Below the pieces are notes generated by a model. That model saw only the letters and a program-made list of their open reading frames with translations, ran no database searches and was not told the origin of the DNA. From Octopus vulgaris (taxonomy: Eukaryota), in contig OX597833.1 of assembly GCA_951406725.2 (NCBI GenBank), positions 19,716,001 through 19,780,000 on the forward strand: 64,000 nt of DNA. The letters run 5' to 3'. Positions 26,101 through 39,939 of the stretch are shown piece after piece (position 1 is the first letter of the stretch; every line of letters begins with the position of its first letter). Position numbers and translations under genes: made by a program.

Positions 26101-27497
26101 TATATCCAGGTCATCAGCAGTCAGAGGCCTGAAATTTGCCAGAAGGGCATACCTCTGGTGACAGCAATACGATAAATCTTATTTCTTTTTGATGGATACT
26201 GCAGGTTGTTGGAGGATATGCAGTTTTTTTGTGGTGGCAGAGCTGGCAGTTGTGGGTGTCGAGTGAATTTGGTGGCGCTCTGTCAACAATAGTCTACATG
26301 ATGCTGGGTATTTCATCTCAGAAATCATGGAGTCTCCAGAAAAAACGAGACAGAGAAGTAGAATTCTCTCTGTCCTTGAATCTGAATGAGTGCATATGCT
26401 GGGAGTATCTTCCCTTGAAGTCATTAGCTGTCATACCTGTATAGTGCGTAGTAATGCCATTGGATGGTGTAAGGGTGGCTCTGTATACTACGGCCCTTGA
26501 GAGGCAAGATGCTTCGAGAGGGCATGTGTTGGGGTTTCGGCAGTTGCAGGTTGGGGGTGGTGTGGGTGCATTTTTATGTCTGTTGATGCGTGCTATGTTA
26601 GATGCAGTGTTGTCTAAGCAGGAGTAGCTCACCTTGATATTATGAGGGTTGATGAGTGTGTAATACTTAGGGCCTCTGGGGAGGTGTTACTTAATTAGCG
26701 ACAGGAAGCCCCTAGCTATATTGGTGGAAACTTCTAAGTTGAAAGGGGGCGGTTATACCATATAATTTTCCTCCTCCTAATCCTTTTGAGGTGTTGATAG
26801 AGTGTTTGAGGGTTGTTCATATATGTGAACTTCTCAGTAAACCTGCTCCTAGCCAGAGAATCATTGTAGTGAGGCGTGGCCCTGTATAAGATCTCTCTAT
26901 TGGCTGACAAATTAGATAGTCATTTACTAATGCCTGGAACCAGGTTTCTAATTATAGTGGGGAGATGGTTTGAGCTCTTGTGGATGTATACTGTATCCTC
27001 ATTTGGTTTCCTGTACAGGTAATACTTGCCTGTACTCAGGTCTAAGATTATGTCAAAGAAACTGACCGTAGTCAAGTTGATGGTAAACATTATGGACATG
27101 CTGAACTCCTTAAATATTTTTATCAAATCCTTCCTGAACCTGTCCATGGCGTGGTCATTCATATGGCTTGAGATAGCCAGGCCATCGTTCCTATAGAGGG
27201 CCAACCTATATTAGAAGGAGGAAAATTATATGTCTCTTGATGGTATCCAAGATGTATAACCTGACGAGGTCAGCAATTTCAACCCTGTCAAAACTCCCCA
27301 CAGAGACATCGAACAATGGGTCGCCTTCTTTTTTCACCCAGAAGGAATCGTCATGGGCCACAATTGACTTTCTGGCATTCATGATAATTCTGATGTCAAG
27401 GTCACTAATGCTGATGCATTGCTCAGCAAAAGTTAGGGCCTTCAGAAGGAGGGGCTTAGATACAGAAGGGTAGAAGTCGACAATGTCGAACTGGGTG
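26101..27497 (-). mobile_element. Penelope-like element (Neptune-type): RT and GIY-YIG endonuclease, disrupted
   Basis: QFDIVDFYPSV, FDVSVGSFD, LYRNDGL (YRDD mutated), YRKPNEDTVYIHKSSNH, CNCRNPNTCPLEASCL, VVYRA..YTGMT..FKGRYSQH. A CTGATGA at 26117-26111 in the 3' repeat is cut off by a SINE. Confidence 0.92.
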
Positions 27498-28331
27498 CAT
27501 CAAATACACATGGCAGCAAAACTATGAGTGTCTGCTCACCCACATATAGAACTATATAATTACATATGCTGCTCCTTTCTACTCCCCCCCCCCACACACA
27601 CACAACCTGACTCATTTCCTAATCACTACATAGTCTGTTTCCTATCCTCAAGATAGTCAATTTCCTGTTCGCTATGCAGTATTTTCCAAAGAACTGTGAC
27701 CCATATACCAATATCAAACCACGACACCGCATGACTTTCCTCGCTCAATCGCAGCCCACCTTACAGCCTTGTGTATAAGTGACTTGGCATTATCCCACAA
27801 ACATTTTTATCCGGAACATAATCCTTCTGGAATAGCAAGTATGACCTAGTGTGTGGCAAAGTTAGGTCTTTCGAATTACAGACACTAACAAGCTTCCACA
27901 GTTTCTGTACCTCTCAGTTTCATTCACAAATTTTAGAGTGGCCCAAGGCTATGGGAATTTTGACATTTGCTCAAGATACCATGCATCAGGATCACATCTG
28001 AGAAACCTTAATTGCAAAGTTTACGGTCTTAACCCTTAAGCTACACTTGTGCACCTCCACGCCCTTCCATACATATGTGACTCTACATTTTGTATTCAGT
28101 TCTATATCAGATGTTTTGAATCAACTTTTAACACCCCCACCATGCTTGTTAAACACTTTATATTACTAATATATGTATTTCCTGTTTATAACTTCTAATC
28201 TCTCTCACTCTCTCTCACACTCTCTCTCTCACACTCTCTCTCTCACACTCTCTCTCTCACACTCTCTCTCTCACACTCTCTCTCTCTCTCTCTCTCCTCC
28301 TCAAATAATAATATATATATATATATATATA

Positions 28332-28370
<39 letters not shown>

Positions 28371-28462
28371 AAGTTCCCCAGTTCTTTTTGACATGGGGTC
28401 GAGAATCAGAAACACGAACCACAAAAGTTTGGCTATTTTTTTATATCTCCCTCAAATAATAT

Positions 28463-28501
<39 letters not shown>

Positions 28502-28594
28502 TTATTTGAGGGAATAAAATCCAAACTTACAAGGAAAAAAAATTCAATTTAGAAATACTAAATCAAATTTTACACAATATAATATATATATAAA

Positions 28595-28893
28595 AAATTA
28601 GAAAAAAAACACCTTTTATCAATTCAAAATGAACAATTAAATTACACCATCTAGAAAATTACATATAATAGAAAAATTATATAAAATAACAATAAAATGT
28701 CAAAGATTAAGTAAATTGCAAAAAATAATAAAAACATATATAATACGTTTTTATTATTATTATTTGCAATTTACTTAATCTTTGACATTTTATTGTTATT
28801 TTAATTTCAATTTTTTCTATTATATGTAATTTTCTAGATGGTGTAATTTAATTGTTCATTTTGAATTGATAAAAGGTGTTTTTTTTCTAATTT
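28595..28893. repeat. Near-perfect AT-rich inverted repeat, ~140-bp arms
   Basis: 28595-28735 is the reverse complement of 28747-28893 with few differences. Confidence 0.92.
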
Positions 28894-29579
28894 CATATAT
28901 ATATATATATATATATTTGTATTGAAAATTTAAGAGGTTTTATATATGAGAGAATTGATATTAAAAATAAAAACAAGAAGAAAATGCTTTTGAAAATTTT
29001 GGTTTTGCTTGTTTTAAAAGTATGTTTACTTATACTGTAACAGAAGGTAAAATAATTAAAATAAATTAAATTAATCTCAAAGTTTACTTATTTTCTTAGA
29101 AAATTCTTAACAAAATCAACAACGAGCAAAGGAAGCAACTACCAGCACTGCATTTTGAAAGAAAAGTATGTGAGCTTCCAGGAATGATACCATAAAATAT
29201 TAATTTAATTTACTTCAATGTATTTAAATTAAATTAATCTTCCCTCTACATCATGACTAAATTGTCTTTTAAAACAATTGAAACCAGTAGCATAGTTTGA
29301 TAATAATGTAAATACTTTCTTTTGTCCATGATAAAATCCTGAAAGCATTTTCTTCTTTAAATATATATATGTGTGTGTGTGTACACATATCTATATGTGT
29401 ATGTACACTCACACAGACTTACATGTATGTATGTATGTAAGAAAATTTATCTTTGTAGTGATTTCAGTGACGAGTATTCAAATTAATCCATCAACTCATT
29501 AAACTATAGTATCAACATTGACTCATTTCAGTGATTCTTTCTAGCAATGGCTTTGCTCATATATGAGAAAGCAGCTAAG

Positions 29580-29611
<32 letters not shown>

Positions 29612-29638
29612 ATATATACACACACACACAAACATGTA

Positions 29639-31660
29639 CAGTAGCAAGCAAAAAAAGAGAATGATTAATTTTTTTTTAATTTCGGGAAAACTAATAAACA
29701 TACAAATTCGCAGTTGGTTTCATAAATACGGTTAACCATTAGCTAAATTCTGTGAAAAATCTAAGTTTGTACAATGGTCTGAATAAAATTACATTGAAAG
29801 AAATGTAAATATGAATACAGTTAGTACGATGTTTGTAGACCTTTGTTGGAGATCACCTCTGCACATCAATTACCACAGGACATAATAAGTTTCCTGCACA
29901 AGTCAGGTCTTACTTTCTTCCATTTCTCTTCTAATCATCATCATCATCATCATTTAGCGTCCGTTTTCCATGCTAGCATGGGTTGGACGGTTCAACTGAG
30001 GTCTGTGAAGCCAGAAGGCTGCATCAGGCCCAGTCTGATCTGGCAGTGTTTCTACGGCTGGATGCCCTTCCTAACGCCAACCACTCCGTGAGTGTAGTGG
30101 GTGCATTTTACGTGCCACCGGCACAGGTGCCAGACGGAGCTGGCAAACAGCCACGAACGGATGGTGCTTTTTACGTGCCACCGGCACGGGGGCCAGGCAA
30201 GATCTCCCATAAATTCATCCTAGTAGTTGGTGCCCTTTGTCTTACTTTGTCTCCAAGTATTTTCTAAAGGTTTTCAATTGGATTTTAAGTCTGGACTTTG
30301 TGATGGCTACTTCATTACTTGGATATTTTGTTCACTATTATAGTGGGGAGATGGTTTGAGCTCTTGTGGATGTATATCTTATCCTCATTTGGCTTTCTGT
30401 ACAGGTAATACTTGCCTGTATTCAGGTCTAAGATTATGTCAAAGAGACTGACCGTAGTCAGGTTGGTGGTAACCATTGTGGACAGGCTGAACTCCTTAAA
30501 TATTTTCATCAAATCCTTCCTGAACCTGTCGATGGCGTGGCCATTCATATGGCTTGAGATGGCCTGGCCGTCGTTCCTATAGAGAGCCAACCTATATTAG
30601 AATTTGAATCAATTACAAGGGGCATTATCTTGCATGAAAATGCACAGTTGATTTGGAAATGCTCGTGATGATGGGATCACATGCGGTTTAACTAAATTCA
30701 AATAGATATTAGCATTAATAGTTCCTTCAATCTGCACGAGAGGGCCAACTCCTTCAGAAGAAATCATTCCCCACACCATATTTCTTCCTCCAAACTTGGC
30801 ACATTTCTTCAAGCATTTGGAATTTAGCCGATCTCCTGTGAAGTGCCTAACATACTGTCTACCATCTGAACTTACTAAATTGAATTTGCTTTCATCACTA
30901 AAATGAACTTTTGACCAATTTTCATCCCTCCAGTTCACATGGGCTTCTGCAAATGAAAGTCTTTCCAATTTGTTCTTGCTAATGGTAGGTTTCATTGCCG
31001 GGGAACAAGTCTTTAATCCAAATTCCTTCAGACGATAAGACGCTGTAAAGCAGCTCACTTCCATACCACTATTTACTTTTATTTTCTTAGAAATTCCAGC
31101 TGCAGTCTCAAAAGGATCCTTGAATACGTACCATTTCATGGCTCGATCATCTCGCATTGTAGTTTTGCGTGGTCTACCACTTGCCTTTTTCGGTTCAGAA
31201 CCTTTAGTTTCTTCATAGAGCTTAAGAACACATGAAACTACACTCTTAGATTTCCTTACGTCTTGTGAAATAGCTGAGAGAGTCATTTCTGGAACTTTCA
31301 TCCTGACGATTTCTTTTCAGAGGTCAGGAGTAACTTTAGTGTGGTGTGCCATGTTCAGAAGCTAGCACAATACTGGGACAGTTGTAATGTTGAGCCTGCA
31401 AATGTAAGCAATGTTTGAAATTTCCAGAAATTTCTGAAGGAATCTAATCGTTCTCTTATTTTGCACATGAGACATTTGGACGAAATTATATGTATCAACT
31501 TTTATTAAGACCATTGTACAAACTTAGAATTTTTAGAGAATTTAGCTAATTGTTAGCTATGCTAATTTAGCTAATTGAAACCAATTACGAATCTGCACAT
31601 TCACTAGCTTTTCCAGCATTTAAAAAAATATTAATTGTTCTCTTTTTCTGCTCACTACTA
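29639..31660 (-). mobile_element. Tc1 transposon, long diverged TIRs, transposase pseudogene (31352-29821) with nested insertions
   Basis: SGRPRKTT, VHFSDESKFNL, MVWGMIS, FMQDNAPC, PSQSPDL..PIENL, KGLQTSY*; an RTE tail (29935-30199) and a PLE fragment (30315-30602) are nested inside. Confidence 0.92.
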
Positions 31661-32079
31661 TATATATATAGCTTAAAAGCCGCCCTATTGGGCAGCTTTT
31701 CAACTAGCTCCTGTAGAGGGCTCTTCATTAAGCCTTGGGCCCAACTGTGACACTTCATGCATTGAGTACATATTAAATTTTATTAAACTTCAACAATATT
31801 TTTCAAGCAATGAACAATTTTCGTCAAAACAATGATACAATTTGTCGACTTGGAACTTACTGCAAAGCTACATGATAAACAACAGTACCACTACTATTGC
31901 CACTATGTCTGCCATACACACACCATTCAGACTTCTGGCATCACCACCATTGATACCTTTGACTTCGCTGCCTTCCTCTCCATCACCATCTCTACTGTCT
32001 TTCATATTGCTTACTCTCACTTCATTCCCTCATCACCTCTGCCTCTATCACAACTACAGCTCATACTATTACTAAAATT

Positions 32080-32760
32080 TTACTAATATTTTAAGCATCT
32101 CAGCATTGATTCCTGATGGGCCATATGCTTTCCCTCTCTTCGTATCCTTAATTGCTTTATCTACCAGGGTGCTGTTGATTTGGGTAGCTGATCCCTCAGT
32201 TGAGTCAACCCATTTATTCTCCACATTCAGCAGTCTCTCATAACGGCATCTATAAGCCTCTTTCTTTGCAGAATCATTAAATGCAAGGACACCCTCATCC
32301 ATGCATACACATTTCTCTCTTATGACATCACAATTTTCTCTCACACACTGTCTTGCAATCCGAAAGACTTCAGTTCTTTGGTCCTCATGTCACCGAGCAT
32401 TGGCAAACTTCTTTTCTGCTATTCCCTTAGCTATATATACCTATCTCCTAGCTTCCTTTCTGGCTATCTGATACAGTCGCCTGCTACCTCCACTCTTCCA
32501 AGCCTGTTTCTTTGCTCTAGTGGCCCTATCTACAGTATTGTTCTACCATGTTATCCTAGGTCTGGAAGGGACTTTGCACTAGCCACAGATTTGGTCTGTA
32601 GTGCTCAGCAAGTTGTCTCCCTGGAATTCCCAGCTGCCTTCTATGCTCCTCCTCCCTCTCATCAAATTTCTTGTTAAGGATATCCCTAAATCTCACTAGA
32701 CCTACCTTTCAATGAGCCTACATTTACAGTGCCAACTCTGAAAACTGGGAAAGAGATATG
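32080..32760 (-). mobile_element. Older RTE LINE fragment
   Basis: EKCVCMDEGVLAFND..YERLLNVENKW..KAYGPSGINAEMLKI parallels the element at 9340-9590. Confidence 0.8.
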
Positions 32761-33711
32761 AGAGGTAACACGGGAAGGAGAGATGTTATTTAGCACCTGA
32801 GAAGAAGGTTCCTGTGATCGTTTGTAACAGGTGTCGTAATAGTTGTTCTTGCTTTTAACATACCGTCATTCAAACCTGTTAAAATTGTTAACCCTTTCCT
32901 TACTCTATTTATTTTGAGATGCTCTGTTTTTCTTTCAATTACTTTAAATATAACAAAGAATTTAGTAAAATAACTTAGTTATCATTCAGCTAGTGTTAGA
33001 ATATAAATTGTGACTACGGTTTGATGGAAGATTTTAATTCAAAACTTATGAAAACAAGACATTTGTACTTAGAGCCAGAGCCGGTTTCTGCCGGGTTGGT
33101 AACGAACGAGTTAGGGTTGTTGCCTCTACTGCGGGGTGGGAGTAAGGAAGCATTGTATATGAAAGTGTTTGGGGCATTGTAAATATAAGTGATTATGAGC
33201 ATTGTGGATGTGAGCATTACTGATGTTGCAGGGTTAAATGTAAAAAAAAAAAGAAAAATGAGAGAGAGAAAGGTAGAAGTATAAATATGCCAATGTAAAA
33301 TAGGGTAAGTGGGCTGCTATCAGGGTTTCGTTAGTCCAGAGAGGGGGAGGGAATGGAAAGGGTGACAAGATTACCAATATAAAAGAGGGAGAGAAGGGAA
33401 GGGCAACTGGCTGTCGGTGGGGGAGGGGGGTTGGAGAGGTTGGGCGCAACCATGAACAATAGAGTGTCATTTTAGGGACCCAGAGCAAACAAGAAAGAAT
33501 TATTTTAGAGAAAAGTACGAAATATGTATATGCATGTAGCCAAGAAACGGGGTTGGTCATTTTGGGGGCAGAACAAACAAACAAGGAATTATTTTAGAGA
33601 ATAGTGCGAAATATGTATGAATATGTAGCCAAGAAAGAAGGGTAGTAATATTGTGAGTTAGATGGGTCTGAATGAATGAGTCAGTTAAAAACAAGAAATT
33701 CTTAGCTGTGC

Positions 33712-33715
<4 letters not shown>

Positions 33716-33745
<30 letters not shown>

Positions 33746-33756
33746 GCATAGGTAAG

Positions 33757-33788
<32 letters not shown>

Positions 33789-33789
33789 T

Positions 33790-33864
<75 letters not shown>

Positions 33865-33871
33865 TAGGATA

Positions 33872-33906
<35 letters not shown>

Positions 33907-33913
33907 TAGGTAA

Positions 33914-33954
<41 letters not shown>

Positions 33955-33960
33955 TAGGTA

Positions 33961-33995
<35 letters not shown>

Positions 33996-33996
33996 T

Positions 33997-34037
<41 letters not shown>

Positions 34038-34038
34038 T

Positions 34039-34091
<53 letters not shown>

Positions 34092-34138
34092 TAGGTAAGT
34101 ATATATATATATATATATATACATATATGCATAGGTAA

Positions 34139-34177
<39 letters not shown>

Positions 34178-34273
34178 TGCATAGGTAAGTGTATATATAT
34201 ATATATATATATACATATATGCATAGGTAAGTGTATATATATATATATATATACATATATGCATAGGTAAGTG

Positions 34274-34311
<38 letters not shown>

Positions 34312-34330
34312 TGCATAGGTAAGTGTATGT
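33716..34330. repeat. Compound (TA)n-TGCATAGGTAAG minisatellite
   Basis: More than 10 units of GCATAGGTA(AG) separated by variable (TA)n. Confidence 0.95.
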
Positions 34331-34578
34331 ATCATCATCATCATCATCATCATCATCGTTTAACGTCCGTTTTCCGCGCTAGCACGGGTTGGACGGTTTC
34401 GACCGGGGTCTGGGGAGCTCGGGACTGCCCCAGGCTCCAGTCTAGTCTGGCAGTGTTTCTACAGCTGGATGCCCTTCCTAACGCCAACCACTCCGCGAGT
34501 GTAGTGGGTGTTTTTACGTGCCACCTGCACAGGTGCCAGAGGGGTCTGGCATCGGCCACGTTCGGATGGTGCTTTTTA

Positions 34579-35474
34579 TGGGGGGTGCAGAAATATAGGG
34601 GAGCACCAGTGGGAGGGGTGGTTCAGAGGACAGGTACTAGTCAAGTAGAACGTAGGATATCGAGAGAGGGGTAATGCATGGTGAAATAGCGTATTGAAGA
34701 GGGGGTTCAAAGAGTAGACACCTATAATGGTGGTGGGGGGTGCAGAAATATAGGGGAGCAGCGTATTGAAGAGGGGGGTTCAAAGAGTAGACACCTATAA
34801 TGGTGGTGGGGGGTGCAGAAATATAGGAGAGCACCAGTGGGAGGGGTGGTTCAGGGGACAGGTTCTAGGCAAGTAGAACGTAGGATATCGAGAGAGGGGT
34901 AATGCATGGTGAAATAGCGTATTGAAGAGGGGGGTTCAAAGAGTAGACACCTATTATGGTGGTGGGGGGGGGATGCAGAAATATAGGGGAGCACCAGTGG
35001 GAGGGGTGGGCACCAGTGGGAGGGGTGGTTCAGAGGACAGGTTCTAGGCAAGTAGAACGTAGGATATCGAGAGAGGGGTAATGCATGGTGAATAGCGTAT
35101 TGAAGAGGGGGTTCAAAGAGTAGACACCTATAATGGTGGTGGGGGGGTGCAGAAATATAGGGGAGCACCAGTGGGAGGGGTGGTTCAGAGGACAGGTTCT
35201 AGGCAAGTAGAACGTAGGATATCGAGAGAGGGGTAATGCATGGTGAAATAGCGTATTGAAGAGGGGGTTCAAAGAGTAGACACCTATAATGGTGGTGGGG
35301 GGATGCAGAAATATAGGGGAGCACCAGTGGGAGGGGTGAGCACCAGTGGGAGGGGTGGTCCAGAGGACAGGTTCTAGGCAAGTAGAACGTAGGATATCGA
35401 GAGAGGGGTAATGCATGGTGAAATAGCGTATTGAAGAGGGGGTTCAAAGAGTAGACACCTATAATGGTGGTGGG
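34579..35474. repeat. G-rich tandem repeat, ~155-175 bp unit, 6 copies (one internally deleted)
   Basis: TGCAGAAATATAGG recurs at 34586, 34741, 34814, 34974, 35148, 35304. Confidence 0.95.
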
Positions 35475-35558
35475 AGAAAAACGACATCCGGTATAGTTGG
35501 AGCAAAATAGAGATATCCGGTATTGGTGGTGGGGGTGGGGGTGGGTAGGGCGGGCGCG

Positions 35559-36456
35559 CCGCGAAGAATCGGCAGCCAATTTCTATAAGGGAGATAGATC
35601 TTAAAATATCAATAACGATAACTAGTGAATTATACAGAATATGCAAAACGAGACGAGGCGAGGCGAGGCTGAAATAGTAAACAGAGTGGCGACTAGGGGG
35701 ATCAGAATAATAATAATTAATAAATAATAATAATAAATAGAGATACGGATGAATTAAAGTTCAAAGATTTCTTATCTTGAGATCACTTCGTTTACGGACA
35801 GACTTGGCAAAAGGAATTCGGAATCAAGAATGAGGCAGTTTACTAGCTTAAGTATGCATAGCCATGGCGGGTGGTAGGAAGAGAGGAGTCCAGACAGACG
35901 ACAATGTAACAAGAGGGGGAGAGAAGGAAGAGAAAAGAAAAACCCCGCGAAGAATCGGCAGCCAATTTCTATAAGGGAGATAGATCTTAAAATATCAATA
36001 ACGATAACTAGTGAATTATACAGAATATGCAAAACGAGACGAGGCGAGGCGAGGCTGAAATAGTAAACAGAGTGGCGACTAGGGGGATCAGAATAATAAT
36101 AATTAATAAATAATAATAATAAATAGAGATACGGATGAATTAAAGTTCAAAGATTTCTTATCTTGAGATCACTTCGTTTACGGACAGACTTGGCAAAAGG
36201 AATTCGGAATCAAGAATGAGGCAGTTTACTAGCTTAAGTATGCATAGCCATGGCGGGTGGTAGGAAGAGAGGAGTCCAGACAGACGACAATGTAACAAGA
36301 GGGGGAGAGAAGGGAAGAGAAAAGAAAAACCCGCGAAGAATCGGCAGCCAATTTCTATAAGGGAGATAGATCTTAAAATATCAATAACGATAACTAGTGA
36401 ATTATACAGAATATGCAAAACGAGACGAGGCGAGGCGAGGCTGAAATAGTAAACAG
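35559..36456. repeat. 386-bp tandem repeat, about 2.3 near-identical copies
   Basis: GCGAAGAATCGGCAGCC at 35561, 35947, 36333. Confidence 0.95.
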
Positions 36457-36491
<35 letters not shown>

Positions 36492-36502
36492 GCACAGCTA
36501 AG

Positions 36503-36544
<42 letters not shown>

Positions 36545-37077
36545 AGGTAGGTATATATGTGTATGTGTATAGGCTGTAGTTTCTGGCTCAGAATTTCTGG
36601 AACCACTGTTGACCCTGGCTTATACTTATTGTCCAATCCCCATATACTGCATTAATATCCCTTGCACTTTCTGTTGCATTGTTGCCTTTATTGAACTCAT
36701 GAAGAAAAATATGACGAATATACTCCTTTGTCACTTCCATTATAGCTTTGAAAAATAACTGTTAAAATCGAACTGCACTCTTCAAAACTTGCACTAAGAA
36801 TAAGGACAAGGTAAAGTTACTACCTACTTTGAAAGCAAGTTGATGCAGGTTGTTTATCCTGTGTCCTGCTGACTATTAATTCTTAAAATTGAAAAAAAAA
36901 AGACATTATTTATGGGATGATCCAATATACACATATAGTCAGACATGCATATATTCACACACAAATACAGATATATATATATATATATATATGCATACAC
37001 ACACACACATTCATACACACGTATGTATTTATGTTGACATATATTTATATATATGTATGTGTATATATATATATATA

Positions 37078-37894
37078 ACCTCAGAGCGTTGGGCCTCACT
37101 GAGGCAATGGCGAAGGACCGAGATCTCTGGAGATGTGCTGTGACTGCAAAGACCCGGGATGCTTCCGGCACCAGTTCTGCATAGCCCCTGCCCATTCAAA
37201 GTACCTTGGATCCCAGAACATCTCGCTGTGCTTGAGGAGACCTGTTGAGTCAAGTGCATGTACATGAACATCGAAACAAATATCAATGGAAATAGTAGTT
37301 GTGATACCTATGCCAGTGGCACATAAAAAGCACCATCCGAACATGGCCGTTGCCAGCGCCGCCTCGACTGGCTTCTGTGCCGGTGGCACATAAAAAAGCA
37401 CCATCCGAACGTGGCCGATGCCAGCGCCACCTCGACTGGCTTCTGTGCCGGTGGCACATAAAAAGCACCATCCGAACGTGGCCGTTGCCAGCGCCGCCTC
37501 GACTGGCTTCTGTGCCGGTGGCACATAAAAAAGCACCATCCGAACGTGGCCGATGCCAGCCCCACCTCGACTGGCTTCTGTGCCGGTGGCACATAAAAAG
37601 CACCATCTGAACGTGGCCGATGCCAGCGCCGTCCTGGCTGGCTTTCGTGCCGGTGGCACGTTAAAAGCACCAACCGATCGTGGCCGATGCCAGACCCCCC
37701 CCCCCTGGCACCTGTGCAGGTGGCACGTTAAAAGCATCCACTACACTCACGGAGTGGTTGGCATTAGGAAGGGCATCCAGCTGTAGAAACACTGCCAGAT
37801 CAGACTGGAGCCTGGTGCAGCCCCTGGCTTCCCAGACCCCAGTCGAACCGTCCAACCCGTGCTAGCGCGGAAAACGGACGTTAAACGATGATGA
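37078..37894 (+). mobile_element. RTE LINE 3' end with about 7 tandem ~60-bp UTR repeats
   Basis: LRALGLTEAMAKDRDLWR C-terminus, tandem GCCGGTGGCACATAAAAAGCACCATCCGAACGTGGCC units, (GAT)n tail. Confidence 0.9.
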
Positions 37895-39892
37895 TATATA
37901 TATATGTATATATATTGATAAAAATGTTAAGATAACAAAAGAATGAAAGAGACCTCGATATTTATCTTGGCTACCGAATAATAGTCACATTACATTTACA
38001 TATAAATTCCTCTATTTACATAATATCGAGGTCTCTTTCATTCTTTTATCTTAATGTTTTTATCAATATATATATATATATGTCAACATAAATACTTATG
38101 TGTGTTTGTGTGTATGCATATATATATATATAGGCACATGTGTTTATATATATTTACATACATGTATATACGTACATGTATGCACACCCAACCCATGCTA
38201 CCATGGAAAGCGGACGTTAAACAATGATGATGATGATACATATACACATACACACACTTTTTTTTAAGCTGCAAAAATTTTCAAGGACTGTTGCTCTAAG
38301 TTTCATATCACCGTTTGTTGAACTGTTCTGATTGCACTAATTTGAAATTATATTGTTGCATGTGTCTTAATATATGTTAAAACAAATAAGCATTTGAATT
38401 TGATTGGATAAAACAAATAAGCATTTGAATTTGATTGGATGATTGACTTTCAAAAATAGAACTTGGGGTTTTCCCAACAGTTGCCAGGGTAAACATTAAC
38501 AGTATAAGGTCCACAACAAAACAAAAAAAAGAAAAGAAAAAGAAAAACTGTTTAAACGTGAGTGAAAATGGGTGAATATTTATCCAGAAAATAATTAATT
38601 ATTAAATTGAATAAACAGAATTGCAAGGTGAGATTATAATGAGTTAAATGAAAAAATAGTGGACAAGTAATTCAATAGTGAGTGTGCAATATACAATAAG
38701 TATAGTATTTTACTTGTTTCAGTCATTTGAGTATGGTCATGCTGGAGCACCACCTTTAATCAAACATATCAACCCCAGGACTTATTCTTTGTAAGTCTAG
38801 TACTTTTCCATCGATCACTTTTGCCGAACTGCTAAGTTATGAGGGCATAAATACACCAACATCGGTGTCAAGTGATGGTGGAGGGACACACACACACACA
38901 TGCATGCACGATGGGCTTCTTTCAGTTTCCATCTACCAAATCCACTCACAAGACTTTGGTCAGCCCACGACAATTGTAGAAAACACTTGCTCAAGGTGCC
39001 ACACAGTAGGACTGAACCCAGAACCATGTGGTTGGGAAGCAAACTTCTTACCACATAGTGCCTGTATATATATATTTTCTTTTATTTGTTTCTGTCATTT
39101 GACTGTGACCATACTGGAGCACCACATTTAGTGAAACAAATTAACCCCAGAACTTATTTTTTGTAAGCGTAGTACTTATTCTATTGATCTCTTTCGCCAA
39201 ACCACTAAGTTACAGGGGTGTAAACACATTAACGTCAGTTGTCAATCAATGGTGAGGGTGAACAAACACGCATGCACACATGTGCGCGCGCGTGTTTGTG
39301 TGCATGAATTGTTTATATCATGTGTTTGCCTTTGCTTTGTCACGAGTTCTTTGTATCGTATTACAGTCTTTGTTTCTATATTTAGAGCATATAGAAACAA
39401 AGACTGAAATACGATACAAATATATATATATATATCTCATCATCATCATCGTTTAACGTCCGCTTTCCATGCTAGCGTGGGTTGGATGATTTGACTGAGG
39501 ACTGGCAAACCAGATGGCAGCACCAGGCTCCAATCTTGATCTGGCAGAATTTCTACTGCTGGATGCCCTTCCTAACACCACCCACTCCGAGAGTGTAGTG
39601 GGTGCTTTTATGTGCCACCGGCACGGGGGCCAGTCAGGTGGTACTGGCAACCGCCTTGAAAAATCGTGTTTTATTTTTTACATGTCACCTGCACACCAGC
39701 ACAAATGCCAGTAAGGTGACGCCAGTAATGATCATGCTTGAATGGTGCTTTTTACGTGCCATTGGCACGAATGGTTCAAATTTGAAACATTTTTTGATAA
39801 ATCCAAAAACGGAAGAAAGCACTAAAAATGTAAATAAAATGTAAATAAATAAAAAAAAGTATATATAATCATCCAACATTTTGACTACCTTA

Positions 39893-39939
<47 letters not shown>

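Noticed and set aside
33557-34356. 200+ aa YIYI-rich ORFs, and similar CVCV/HTHT ORFs throughout
   Set aside because: Translations of dinucleotide microsatellites.
37310-37730. Regular ~60-bp repeats resembling a CRISPR array (also 42600-42900, 46666-47140)
   Set aside because: No unique spacers, no cas genes, eukaryotic context; these are tandem repeats.
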